From a virus, in the IMG/VR virus record IMGVR_UViG_3300020219_000012, positions 36,343 through 100,342 of that record: DNA of 64,000 bases. One strand, written 5' to 3'. The position numbers and the translations under genes were made by a program. Shown here piece by piece: positions 28,060-37,727 of the stretch. The notes under the pieces are model-generated. The model was not told the DNA's origin. It searched no databases and saw nothing but the letters and a program-made list of their open reading frames with translations. Each line of letters opens with the position of its first letter. Position 1 is the first letter of the stretch.

Positions 28060-30261
28060 CTAGAGTGCCCCCAGGCTTTTCAGGAACGGTTCGATGTCAT
28101 GCAGCGTTCTCGATAGCCGGATGGGCGGGATGCTTCCGAGAAACTGGTAGCTGTAGCCGGAGTCGGCGACCCGTCGATCCAGGCAGGCAATGATGCCGAC
28201 GTCGCGAATCGACCGAAGTAGGCGGCCGGTTCGCTGCTTGAACTTCGTGATCGCCATGGGCATGCGGTACCCCTTGAACACGTCCACCACGTTGGCGTTC
28301 TTGTCCTTGGCCAAGATCTCCGCGTTCCGCATCTCGAGGCCCACCAGGACCGGATCGTTGGGTGGTGCAAAGCTGAGCTTTTCCAGGATGACGCAGGTGC
28401 AGGCCTCCCCCTGGATGTCGACGCCCTCGGCAAACGACTCCGTCCCCAGTAACACCGAGTTTACACTGGACCGGAACAGGTCCTGGAGATCTCGATTCGT
28501 GCCCTCACCCTGCACGAGTATCTCGTAGGGCAGGCGTGCCCGCAGGTACCCGGCAGCCCGACGCATCGACTTGTGACTCGTGAACAGAACCAGCGTCCGC
28601 CCCTTGACGATGCGGATGATCGCCTCCATGTGCTCGAGGGCCGCCGCGTTGTAGGCCGCGTTGTCGTCCTTGGACTTGGACTCGTACATCGGCATCGTGG
28701 AGGGCACCACCAGCAGGGACTGCTGATGCCAGTTGAACGGAGACGGGACGACCAGCTCGGACACCCCCTTGAGATCTCGCATGCCCATCTCGCGCCGGAC
28801 GTGGTCAAAGTCTGACCCGCGAGGGTTCTTGATGGCGAGCGTGGCGGAGACCTGGATCACCGGCGAGACCTTGTCGAAGATCTCCTCTCGCATGAACCGT
28901 CCGACCAGCAAGGCCTTCGCCTTGAGCTTCACCTCGGCTGCCCCATCCTCCGACGACTCTCGCTGCGCGAAGTAGACGAGCGATGGAATCCCTCGCGTCC
29001 GGAACTTGTTTAGGCGGTCCGTAACATCCGCGCATCGGTCAGCGAGCTTCCTGAGTCGAGCAGCCATCACGGCGTGCTCGGCATCCTTGGCCTTCATGAT
29101 GGGCTTGCCGGTAGCAACCTTCGGCGCAATCCGACTAGACGTGGCCATGTAGAGGCCAGCGATGTCCAACAGGGCCGCCTCTAGCCCCTCCGACTTCAGC
29201 ATGTCGCCAGGCCCGAACACCACCAGCTCGGCGCCCAGGCGTCGGTCCAGGTCATCCCAGAGGTCGTTGAGAAGTTGCACGGCGTTCGATCTGGCCGAGA
29301 GCGCAGCCTTGCCAAGGCCGAGGTTTTCAAGATCGTGGAGCCCGGACAGGCATCGGTGGACAGCTGACCAGCTGATCGTCGCATCCTCGCCAAGGTGGTC
29401 GCGGGCGATCTCCGGGGCATGGTGCGCCTCATCCATGATGAGAACGTCGAACACCGGCAGGATGCCGTTGTTGTCCTGGCGCAGCTTCTTGTTATAGATC
29501 TCCAGGTCCCACTCTCTCCCCTCCTCCTCGCACTTGAGCTTGGCCTTGCGCAGGCGCGCAGCTTCGAAGGTCAGGTGGCGGTATAGGAGGTGGTAGTTGG
29601 TGACGACGATATGGGCCGCCTTGGCGCGGACCTTGGATGCTGCCAAGAAGCACCCGTCGGCCGAACCGCACTCCCTGGGCCCGTCGCATTCCTCACTGGT
29701 GGTCGAGAACGAGCGCCAGATCTTGTTGGTCGGCCCTGGGCTCTCCTCGCGATCTCCGTCCTTGGTGGTGTCGGCCCAGTCGCGAACCGCGTCGACCATC
29801 TCCTCGTTGCCGTCCCGGACGCCTTCCCACCTGCCGCGGGCGTAGTCGCGGGCGCACAGGTATGACGAGGCGCCCTTGCGCACCGTGAATGAGAACTTCC
29901 ATCCGGTCGCCTTGCGCAGTTCTTCTAGATCCTTGTTTACGATCTGCGACTGCAGGGTCTTGTTGGCGGTGACGATGCAGACCCGCTTGCTGGAGTGGAT
30001 GGCGTGATAGGCGGCCGGCACCGAGTAGGCGAACGACTTGCCCGTCCCCGTCGGGCCCTCGGCGATGGCGTGGGTGCCATTGCGGATGGCCTGATCGATC
30101 GATCGGGCCAGCGCCACCTGCCCGGGGCGAGGCTGATATCCGGAGACCAGCTTCGAGAGGTAGCCCCTTGGGCCAAAGACATCCTCGATGTAGTCCCCGG
30201 ACTCGTCGACCCTGCCGCCATCCAGGAGCCGCAACGTCACATTTTTAGACGGCTTCGACAT
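28060..30261 (-). CDS. DinG/YoaA-like helicase
   Basis: RPGQ, EGPTGTGKS, DEAH, SATL, SPF, EGVD and QRTGRLLR; Fe-S cysteines. Confidence 0.9.
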   Translation of the reverse strand: MSKPSKNVTLRLLDGGRVDESGDYIEDVFGPRGYLSKLVSGYQPRPGQVALARSIDQAIRNGTHAIAEGPTGTGKSFAYSVPAAYHAIHSSKRVCIVTANKTLQSQIVNKDLEELRKATGWKFSFTVRKGASSYLCARDYARGRWEGVRDGNEEMVDAVRDWADTTKDGDREESPGPTNKIWRSFSTTSEECDGPRECGSADGCFLAASKVRAKAAHIVVTNYHLLYRHLTFEAARLRKAKLKCEEEGREWDLEIYNKKLRQDNNGILPVFDVLIMDEAHHAPEIARDHLGEDATISWSAVHRCLSGLHDLENLGLGKAALSARSNAVQLLNDLWDDLDRRLGAELVVFGPGDMLKSEGLEAALLDIAGLYMATSSRIAPKVATGKPIMKAKDAEHAVMAARLRKLADRCADVTDRLNKFRTRGIPSLVYFAQRESSEDGAAEVKLKAKALLVGRFMREEIFDKVSPVIQVSATLAIKNPRGSDFDHVRREMGMRDLKGVSELVVPSPFNWHQQSLLVVPSTMPMYESKSKDDNAAYNAAALEHMEAIIRIVKGRTLVLFTSHKSMRRAAGYLRARLPYEILVQGEGTNRDLQDLFRSSVNSVLLGTESFAEGVDIQGEACTCVILEKLSFAPPNDPVLVGLEMRNAEILAKDKNANVVDVFKGYRMPMAITKFKQRTGRLLRSIRDVGIIACLDRRVADSGYSYQFLGSIPPIRLSRTLHDIEPFLKSLGAL

Positions 30262-30442
30262 GTTATCAGGTGAACCCTTTTGTATTTCGCCGCGTACCGC
30301 TCCGGCGACATGCCGTCGCACACACGCCCGATCAGCGGACCGCATTTCTCGCCGCAGATCCTGACGTGCATGCCGCAGCAGGGCAGGAATGTTTCGTGGA
30401 TCAACGCCTGCCGATCTTTGCGGCAGACGTAGCACATGAAGA

Positions 30443-30811
30443 TCACGGGGGCGGTTCGTCGAACCCGTCATCCGCCCACTGACCGCCAAGCAGGCGATAC
30501 TCGATGGGCTGCCCGAGTTCCTCGGCGTGGCGGATACCACATCCCATTCCGTAGGAGATGCCAAGGTCCTTGTAGACCACGGTCTTCTGGGCCGCCGGAC
30601 GCCAGGCAAAGCCTGCCGAGATGCCCATGTCGCGCTCCTCGGCAACATCGTCATCAAGGCATTGCGGGTAAAGCCCGTGGCTGGCGAACGGCGCCTCGTT
30701 GCGCTGCAGACAGTCCAGCATGGCCGCGGCCAGGTAGCTGGCGTTGGTCTCGCGATCGCCCGCAAAAGGGCTTTCCAGGATGACCCGAATGAAGCGTTCA
30801 GGCGGCGCCAT
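30443..30811 (-). CDS. Nucleoside-deoxyribosyltransferase-like phage protein
   Basis: VILESPFAG, EAPFASH and DLGISYGM. Confidence 0.6.
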   Translation of the reverse strand: MAPPERFIRVILESPFAGDRETNASYLAAAMLDCLQRNEAPFASHGLYPQCLDDDVAEERDMGISAGFAWRPAAQKTVVYKDLGISYGMGCGIRHAEELGQPIEYRLLGGQWADDGFDEPPP

Positions 30812-31778
30812 TGGTCACCTCGGGCTTCGTGCGATCCTCGACAACGAGATCCAGGTTGGCGATGCGGCGGGCGTCGACGTCAGCGAAGCGGGTGTTGATC
30901 TCGCCGACCATGACGTTGCGGGCGTTTAGCTGGTGCGCGAGCACCTCCCTGAGCTGAGCGACCTGCGGCGGGTCGATGACCATCTTCTGCATCTCCATGT
31001 CGTGCTGGATCTGCCCGAGGATCATCTGGTTGGTCTGCATCCCGCTGCCGCACAGGATGAGGTTGTAGAGGAGGACGCCCATGGGCACCGTCCGAACATC
31101 CTGCACTTCGGTCTTGGGGGCGGCATCATCCGCCGACTTCGCGGTCTCGCCCGTCTCCGCCGGCTTCCCGTTCGCTCCCAGAATTGTCGACATGCTGCTT
31201 CCTCTTCCTGGCCCCGATGAGGGGCGCTTCGGTGTTGTTGTAAAAGTTGCGCCTCATACCATACTGAACAACCAGCAGGACGACGCCGAGGACGGTCATT
31301 GAGATGCGCTGCCAGATCTCCAGATCGAACGAGACGATCGATCCCTGCCATGCGGCAAGGAGCCCGACCGCGCCGATCGCCAGGCACAGGCCGGTCGCTT
31401 CCCCGGCCTCAAAGTTCTTGCGCCGATCGTTGCGGCGCAGGAGCTCCTTCCCGACCCGTTGGTCCAGTAGACGGGCGATGTGCTTGCTTTGATTGCGGGG
31501 GCCAACGACCTCCGGCCGGGTCATTCGGCGGGCTGCGCCTCACCGGCGCACGGCGGGCAGGCAACGGATTCCTTGGCGATTTCCCAGCCGGGGATGTCGC
31601 CGCCGATAGTGCTGTAGATGCGATCGCGACGCTCGAGCACCTTGGCTACGGGGCGCGTTCCGGCTAGCTGGGGGACGTGGCAGACGGTGCAGCGAAAAGA
31701 CATTAGTGATTCCTGATGATTGGCGAGTGACGGATGGAGGACTTCTGAATTAGATCTATTCATTAACCGCCGGCCTTC

Positions 31779-32111
31779 CTAGAAGGCCTTGCCGTGGCGA
31801 TGGGGACGGGTGCGGTTGTAGGCCATCTTGTCTTCGATGGCCTGCTCCAGGTCGAGCTTGTACTTGCCTGCCATGTCGAAGATGCGGATCATGGCGTCGG
31901 CGAGCTCGATCGAGAAGCCTTCGGGCTTGGGGCTGTCGCCCTTGCGGTAAACGTCCCTCAGCGGGTTGCCGGTGCGAGCTTCCTCGAGGGCCTCGGATAG
32001 CTCGCTGTGGACGAGGGCGATCTCTTCGCCGACCGTGCGAGTGCCTTCGTGCCAGCCTTTCGACAGGGCGTTCTGGTAGGCGGCGTCAACGAGTTCCTGG
32101 ATCGTAGGCAT
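31779..32111 (-). CDS. MazG-like NTP pyrophosphohydrolase
   Basis: LVHSELSEALE, ELADAMIRIFD and KMAYNRTRPHRHGK. Confidence 0.8.
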   Translation of the reverse strand: MPTIQELVDAAYQNALSKGWHEGTRTVGEEIALVHSELSEALEEARTGNPLRDVYRKGDSPKPEGFSIELADAMIRIFDMAGKYKLDLEQAIEDKMAYNRTRPHRHGKAF

Positions 32112-32597
32112 TAGTTAACTTCCCTGGGAAACTCGAACCGTGGCGGAGGTGGCGGTTCGATACCTGTTAGCTGCGCGATAACCGTGCGCAGGAATCCGGT
32201 GATGTACTCTGCGGTCTCTTCCTGGGTCAAGCACTCGGCGATGCTTGCGGCCTCTTTGCCGAATAGCACCAACCTGGCCTCGATCATGGCGGGTGTCTGG
32301 ATGAGTTCCGGATCGTCGAAATCCTCGTCATCGACCGTTCTGCCCGTGACACCTTCGCTCATGCCTGTTTCCTTCTTCCGTCTCGTTCGCACCACTCCTG
32401 CTTGGAGGGCATGTCCGGCGGCGACGCGGTGGCGGCGCAATCCCGGCAGCAGGCGACCTCGTTGCTGCCGCTCGGTGGCGACTCGGCATCGAAGCCCTTT
32501 GCGGTGTTCGGAAAGTACCAGTACGCCGTGGGCTTGCCGCACAGGCAGCAGCACTCATGCGGGGCGCCCAGGCCGTCTGGCTCCTTGTGGACCTTGA

Positions 32598-33326
32598 TCA
32601 CTTGGTCACCCATCCGGTGATGCGGCCCTTGTAGGGCTCGAAGTTGTGGTCGACCACGATGTAGCCCCCCAGCCTTCCGTTGCAGTTGAGGCCGATCACC
32701 TCCGTGCCCTCGAATGAACTCTTGTAGGGCCAGTGGTAGTGGCCGTGATAGAGGATGCGTGGATTGGATCGGCGAACACATTCTTGAACCTTGGAGATAC
32801 TGCCCTGACAGCGATAGACGATGTTCATCGGCAGCTGGATATCTGACAGATTCCTGGGTCGCTCCGGGGCGTCATGGGTGAGCAGGATGTCGACCTGGCC
32901 GGTGACGATCTCGCTGTCGAGGATCTCTTCCTCGGGCCACCAGGACTGCCCTTCGATGCGGCTGTTCTTGTCGATGGACGCGGCGCCGCCTAGGGCGCCC
33001 ACGGTAACCACTCGGCCATCATCATTGATGAAGGCGTGTCGAGTACCCCTGCGCATGTAGACCAGTTCGGCGGGCCAGTCGGTCTTGGTCCGCAGGACCG
33101 GGTGGACGTCGTGGTTGCCGTCGATGAAGTACATGCGTTGCTTGCGAGCCCGGAGGGCCAGCGCGAGCCCTTCGGACTGGTCGCAGCCAGGCCAGATGAA
33201 TCCCCAGTCGCCGACCTGGAAGATGGTGTCGATCTTGAGCGCCTTGGCGTGGTCCAGGACCTTGAGGGTCCACAGGAAGTCGCCGTGGGTGTCGCCCAGG
33301 ATGATGTATCTGGTCTTGGTCATCAC
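32598..33326 (-). CDS. Calcineurin-like metallophosphoesterase
   Basis: GDTHG, GDWG, GNHD, THD and HGHYH. Confidence 0.85.
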   Translation of the reverse strand: MMTKTRYIILGDTHGDFLWTLKVLDHAKALKIDTIFQVGDWGFIWPGCDQSEGLALALRARKQRMYFIDGNHDVHPVLRTKTDWPAELVYMRRGTRHAFINDDGRVVTVGALGGAASIDKNSRIEGQSWWPEEEILDSEIVTGQVDILLTHDAPERPRNLSDIQLPMNIVYRCQGSISKVQECVRRSNPRILYHGHYHWPYKSSFEGTEVIGLNCNGRLGGYIVVDHNFEPYKGRITGWVTK

Positions 33327-34317
33327 GACCTCGCTTTTAGCTCGGCCATCTCTTCTTCTAGGCTGCCAAGCACGGACTGCGTGTACTCGAGCTGCCGCTC
33401 CATCTCACCGAGCTGACTCCTGAGGTCGTTCACCTCTTCTTGCTTTGCAGCTAGCTGCTCGGCGAGCCTGGACCCCTCGAGCTCGTCCACCCGCGAGCGG
33501 AGATGCGCGACCATGCCGATCACGTTGGAGTCGCCGTTACTCGTCTTTCTCATACTCCCTATCGAACTTCGGATGGCACTCGGGACAGGGCGCCGTGCAG
33601 CCGCCGCAGCATTCACTGATGCGGACGGTGCAGCGATCTGCAACGAGGATGCTGCCCTCGCCGCCGCACGTCTCGCACTCCTCGTCGTCGTCCTCGGACG
33701 TCATCTCGGAGTTGTCGAGGTTGGAATCGCTCAGGTCAAGGGGCCCGGGCCGATCCTCGGTCAATGGAGACCTCCACTCTTCTTCTCCGCTTGCGGCAGC
33801 GGCGCGCCGAATAGGTCGAGCTGGTTTGGGTCTGGCCTGTTCTCGTGAGCAGAGACGGCCTTGACGGCAGCGTTGACCGCGAGGATCCAGTCCTCGCTCG
33901 GCTTCTTGCCCTCCGCCTGGCCATGGCGGTAGTGCTTGTAGACCTCCTTCTGGATATGGGACGGGACCATGCGCCAGTGCTTGGGGCACATCAGCTTCTC
34001 GGGCTTGCACTCCCTCTCGCAGTCGCGGGCATAGCAGACATTCTTCACGGCCCGGCGCCTCGTTCCATGGCTGCAAGGAAGAGGGCTTTTTCTTCCGCGA
34101 CGTTCCTTACCGGGGAGGCGTCCCCGAAGATGCGGCTGCGAACGAGGGTGATGGCTCGTTCCTCTTGGGTGACCGGACGCCCGCTTGGTAGGGCGCCGGG
34201 TTCTGACCTGGGTCTCATGGTCTGCATAGTGACAGCGAAGTCTCCTTTTTTGAATCGTACGCCAACAGGTAATCGGACCCCGGTCTGCCAACGGCTCCAT
34301 TCGTTGGGTCGGGAGCA

Positions 34318-34405
34318 TGGCGGAGAGAGGACGAGTCGAACGCCTGACCATTGCGGGCCTCATCCCATTAGCAGCGGGCGCCGGCGCCTCGCCGGTACAC
34401 TCTCC
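34318..34405 (-). tRNA. tRNA-Ser(GCT)
   Basis: Cloverleaf, loop CT-GCT-AA, long variable arm, encoded CCA. Confidence 0.75.
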
Positions 34406-34410
34406 ATTCG

Positions 34411-34496
34411 CGGAAGACGGAGGTCTCGAACCCCAGCCGGTTGCCCGGCCCATCTGATTTCGAATCAGCGGCAGCCCCAAGGCTGCTTCATCTTCC
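34411..34496 (-). tRNA. tRNA-Ser(CGA)
   Basis: CTGA-TTCGAAA-TCAG anticodon arm, long variable arm, G73. Confidence 0.75.
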
Positions 34497-34502
34497 AGTC
34501 GG

Positions 34503-34584
34503 CGGAGAGCGGGTGAGTCGAACACCAACCTTGCGATCGCACCCGCTTCCAACGGGGCCAGGCTCCACAGCCTGCTCACTCTCC
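34503..34584 (-). tRNA. tRNA-Ser(GGA)
   Basis: CCCG-TTGGAAG-CGGG; TTCGA T-loop. Confidence 0.75.
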
Positions 34585-34590
34585 AGGTCG

Positions 34591-34676
34591 CGGAGGGCGG
34601 AGGTAACGATCCCCAGCCGCTTGCGCGGCCCCTCCGGTTTCAAGCCGGTGCCGGGTCCATACCCAGTTCACCCTCC
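34591..34676 (-). tRNA. tRNA-Ser(TGA)
   Basis: CCGG-CTTGAAA-CCGG; atypical T-loop GATCGTTA. Confidence 0.7.
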
Positions 34677-34908
34677 AGGAAATCAGGCGCTGTACAATGC
34701 GCCCGTGGACGACGACATCGATACCGAGAAGATCCCGCGGATCGAGTCGCTGCCCTGCAACATCTGCGGCTTCAACACGTCCAACATCATCCCCGATGTG
34801 AAGTGCCTCGGGTGTATCGAGACCGAGTACCGGCTCCCGCGGTACCTGGCCTCCCGCGAGGGCAGGGCCAGGGTCCGAGACATGATCGCCGCCTACGATG
34901 ACACCGAC

Positions 34909-35448
34909 TCAAGCATCGAGCTCGCCGTTCCAGTAGCAGACATCCCGGACCCAACCTCTCCAGGATTCGGGCATTCCCGTCCTCCACGTCAACGTTAGCC
35001 TGGCGTCCGGCAGCTTCTTGGGCTTCACCGGCGTCGAGAGGAGTCGCATCCTGACCTGCGCCGGAGTGTGGCCACCCTTCTTTTGATTACACGGGAAGCA
35101 GGCGATGACCACGTTCTCCCAGACCGTCGTCCCGCCGTGCGCACGGGGCACGACGTGGTCGTAGGTGATCTCGCTCCGAGGGACCGGAGCATTGCAGTAC
35201 TGACAGCGCCCCTTGTCGCGGGCGTAGACGTTCTCGCGGGAGAACTTGACGACCCTCTTCCTGCCACGAATGGACCGCAGGAAGCGGACGACTGACGGCA
35301 TCTTCAGGCTGAAAGTGACGGACTTGATCGATGAGTCTTCGTACTCCTCGACCACCTCGACCTTGCCCATGAAGAGGAGGGTGATGGCCCGCTGCCAGTG
35401 CACGCGGGCCACGGGTTGGTAGCCTGTATCAAGAACGAGCGTTTCCAT
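34909..35448 (-). CDS. HNH endonuclease inside the tRNA array
   Basis: RDKGRCQYC, TYDHVVPRAHGG, WENVVIACFPCNQKK. Confidence 0.9.
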   Translation of the reverse strand: METLVLDTGYQPVARVHWQRAITLLFMGKVEVVEEYEDSSIKSVTFSLKMPSVVRFLRSIRGRKRVVKFSRENVYARDKGRCQYCNAPVPRSEITYDHVVPRAHGGTTVWENVVIACFPCNQKKGGHTPAQVRMRLLSTPVKPKKLPDARLTLTWRTGMPESWRGWVRDVCYWNGELDA

Positions 35449-35477
35449 AGAGCCATCCTCCTTCCATGCTGATGCGG

Positions 35478-35557
35478 TGCCGGCGGCGAGAGTCGAACTC
35501 ACACGAACGAGTCGGCGGGATTTGAAGCCGCTGTGTCTGCCATTCCACCACGCCGGC
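35478..35557 (-). tRNA. tRNA-Leu(CAA)
   Basis: Leu-type D arm GGAATGGCAGAC; loop TT-CAA-AT; C-C mismatch at 31-39. Confidence 0.7.
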
Positions 35558-35566
35558 AAAGCTTCG

Positions 35567-35647
35567 TGCACGAGGAGAGATTCGAACTCTCACGGTTTTA
35601 CCCGGCGGATCCTAAGTCCGCAGCGTCTACCATTCCGCCACTCGTGC
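35567..35647 (-). tRNA. tRNA-Leu(TAG)
   Basis: GCGGA-CTTAGGA-TCCGC. Confidence 0.85.
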
Positions 35648-35653
35648 AAATCG

Positions 35654-35734
35654 TGTCCAGAAGGGGAGTCGAACCCCTACGGTGTTACCCTCCAGCACCT
35701 CAAGCTGGCGCGTCTGCCATTCCGCCACCTGGAC
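35654..35734 (-). tRNA. tRNA-Leu(GAG)
   Basis: CCAGC-TTGAGGT-GCTGG. Confidence 0.85.
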
Positions 35735-35745
35735 ATTCAGAAATC

Positions 35746-35772
35746 GTACAAGAGGTGGGAATTGAACCCACC
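35746..35772 (-). pseudogene. tRNA 3' fragment (T arm and acceptor 3' strand only)
   Basis: GTGGG-TTCAATT-CCCAC-CTCTTGTA with no 5' half. Confidence 0.55.
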
Positions 35773-35782
35773 GCGGTCGGAG

Positions 35783-35855
35783 TGTGTCCGGCAGGGGTCG
35801 AACCTGCAGTCTCCTCTTTAGGAAAGAGTTGCCCTATCCATTAGGCCACGGACAC
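35783..35855 (-). tRNA. tRNA-Arg(CCT)
   Basis: CTCT-TTCCTAA-AGAG; D arm GCCTAATGGATAGGGC. Confidence 0.85.
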
Positions 35856-35894
35856 GTAGCGCTCAGGCCGACGGGGACAATCTCGGCCAGTTCG

Positions 35895-35967
35895 TGCCAA
35901 GGTCTGGAGTCGAACCAGATTCTTCCGATCTTCAGTCGGACGCTCTGACCACCAGAGCTACCAAGGC
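35895..35967 (-). tRNA. tRNA-Phe(GAA)
   Basis: TCCGA-CTGAAGA-TCGGA; two U-U mismatches in the acceptor stem. Confidence 0.7.
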
Positions 35968-36025
35968 AATCGGGGCACGTGACGGGTACACGCACCATGA
36001 AATTAGGAGCAGGGTGGCCGCATTG

Positions 36026-36099
36026 CGCGCCTCCAGGGAATCGGACCCTGCTCGCACGGTTTAACAGACCGTTGTACTCACCAGAGATACTAGAGGCGC
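36026..36099 (-). tRNA. tRNA-Asn(GTT)
   Basis: ACGGT-CTGTTAA-ACCGT. Confidence 0.75.
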
Positions 36100-36104
36100 A
36101 TTCG

Positions 36105-36177
36105 AGCTACTCCGGGGAGTCGAACCCCGCTCACCGCATTACAAGTGCGGTCGTGCCCCCGCGGCACGTCGAGTAGC
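36105..36177 (-). tRNA. tRNA-Thr(TGT)
   Basis: CCGCA-CTTGTAA-TGCGG; atypical D arm. Confidence 0.75.
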
Positions 36178-36182
36178 AGTCG

Positions 36183-36254
36183 TTCGAGAGGAAGGGGTCG
36201 AACCTTCATTAACGGTTTCAGAGACCGGTGTCCTGCCGATTGGACGACTCTCGA
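36183..36254 (-). tRNA. tRNA-Gln(CTG)
   Basis: CGGT-CTCTGAA-ACCG; U1-A72. Confidence 0.8.
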
Positions 36255-36255
36255 A

Positions 36256-36329
36256 TGGAGCGGGCTGCCGGAATCGAACCGGCATCGACGGGTTGGAAAC
36301 CCGAGGCACTACCAATATACCAAGCCCGC
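36256..36329 (-). tRNA. tRNA-Gly(TCC)
   Basis: CGGG-TTTCCAA-CCCG; U73 and encoded CCA. Confidence 0.85.
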
Positions 36330-36388
36330 AACTGTGACCGCTTGGCCGGCGGTCACCTTCGCTGTCGCTATTCAGTTGTCAGGAGTCG

Positions 36389-36472
36389 TGGGTCTGCTCG
36401 GAGTCGAACCGAGATGGCAACTAGTACAACCGGGTTACAGCCGGCACCGAATCCCTATCGGTCTACAGACCC
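36389..36472 (-). tRNA. tRNA-Tyr(GTA)
   Basis: CCGG-CTGTAAC-CCGG; long variable region. Confidence 0.75.
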
Positions 36473-36500
36473 ATTGAGCCACCACCGGGGCGAGGGGGCG

Positions 36501-36573
36501 TGGCAAGCCGTGGGGGAGTCGAACCCCCTCGTCCGGCTTTGGAGACCGGACCGAAACCGTATCTGTACGACTT
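36501..36573 (-). tRNA. tRNA-Trp(CCA)
   Basis: CCGGT-CTCCAAA-GCCGG; encoded CCA; weak D arm. Confidence 0.7.
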
Positions 36574-36593
36574 ATAATCGAACCAACCTTTCC

Positions 36594-36634
36594 GAAAGAA
36601 GAAAGGCCTGGGAACCTTCTGGTTCGCCCGGCCT
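36594..36634 (-). terminator. Attenuator terminator upstream of the tRNA array
   Basis: AGGCCGGGCGAACC-AGAA-GGTTCCCAGGCCT followed by TTCTTCTTT. Confidence 0.7.
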
Positions 36635-36661
36635 CTAGTCACACCCTGTAGGGAGAGAAAC

Positions 36662-36805
36662 TTAGAGACCGGGCCGCTCCCAATCGAGATTGGTCAGGCG
36701 CTGCTCGACTGAAAACGAGCTATGACCGCCGATGGCGCACGGATACACGGCGGCCGGGGCGGTTGCCCTGGGCGTCGCGGTCGTGGGCTGCATCAACGGT
36801 GACAT
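36662..36805 (-). CDS. Putative 47-aa leader peptide of the tRNA-array attenuator
   Basis: MSPLMQPTTATPRATAPAAVYPCAIGGHSSFSVEQRLTNLDWERPGL; its 3' end is complementary to the terminator 5' arm. Confidence 0.55.
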   Translation of the reverse strand: MSPLMQPTTATPRATAPAAVYPCAIGGHSSFSVEQRLTNLDWERPGL

Positions 36806-36815
36806 CGAGTCTCTA

Positions 36816-36844
36816 CTGTTACGCGCGGCCGCAAATCCTGTCAA
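36816..36844 (-). promoter_or_regulatory. Sigma70-type promoter for the tRNA array
   Basis: TTGACA-17 nt-TAACAG. Confidence 0.55.
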
Positions 36845-37117
36845 CGTCTTTTGAAAACTTTCACGAAGGATTCGGCTTTGCGTCGCCGTGCTCCCAGATC
36901 TCGGAGATCTCAGCGAGCAGGTGGCGCAGCGACGAGGCGGAGTCCATACGGGCCGAGTCGTTTGCCGTGCGCAGGCCGCGGACGCCCACGTTCACCATCG
37001 CCGACATCAGGATCGCCAGGCTGTTGTGGCCAGTGGTGTGCTTCCTGGCGAGGTCCTCCAGATCTTTGAATATGATCCTGAGATCCTCGATCTCTCGCCT
37101 GGCGTCTTCTACGTCAA

Positions 37118-37504
37118 TCATGCTGCACTTCCTTTATTGGTGATGATGCGGAGGCTGATCTTGTTCAGCTCCTGCATGGTCTCGTGCATGTGCTTTGAGC
37201 CGCGGCTCTTGCCATCCCAGTAGACCAGGGCAGCATCAGCGTACTCGGCCATCATGCGATTCCTGCGTCGGCCGGCGCTTTTGCCGTAGAACTTCCAGTC
37301 CGCGGACGTGACCGGAAACGGCTTGACGGGAATGCCGCAATGCTTGGCCCAGTCGACCCCGGCCAGGTCGACGCCGCGGGCCATGCCGGAGACAACCTCG
37401 GTGATCTCGAACTCGGGGTGGACGGCCATGAAGGCTTCGACGTGGGCGCCGATCTCCTTCGTCGACGGATGCAGGTCGCGACTGCCTGCAATGATCAGCT
37501 TCAC
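37118..37504 (-). CDS. YspA/SLOG-family protein
   Basis: IIAGSR, VSGMARGVD, AGRRRNRMMA and WDGKSRGSKHM. Confidence 0.8.
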   Translation of the reverse strand: MKLIIAGSRDLHPSTKEIGAHVEAFMAVHPEFEITEVVSGMARGVDLAGVDWAKHCGIPVKPFPVTSADWKFYGKSAGRRRNRMMAEYADAALVYWDGKSRGSKHMHETMQELNKISLRIITNKGSAA

Positions 37505-37727
37505 AATTCCAATCTCCTTGGGTGAACGAGCTCGGGGTGCAGGCGATGTAGATCCTCGACCGCCTTGGCAATCGACACACCCGCTGGCGCCACACGCTCC
37601 CAGGCTTCGTAGCCGTCAACGTGGGCCTGATAGAGGCCAGGCGCCAGCGCCTGCCAGGTGAGCAGCGCGGCCCAGGCGATCGGGTTGACGCGAATGACTT
37701 CCAGGTCGGTCAGCTCGTCGGCCACGA

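Noticed and set aside
34250-34317. Additional tRNA downstream of Ser(GCT)
   Set aside because: Only a vague T-arm-like stretch; no cloverleaf could be built.
35478-35557. Opal suppressor or tRNA-Sec (TCA read in CTTCAAA)
   Set aside because: The stem register and Leu-type D arm favour a CAA anticodon, and TGA is used as a normal stop throughout.
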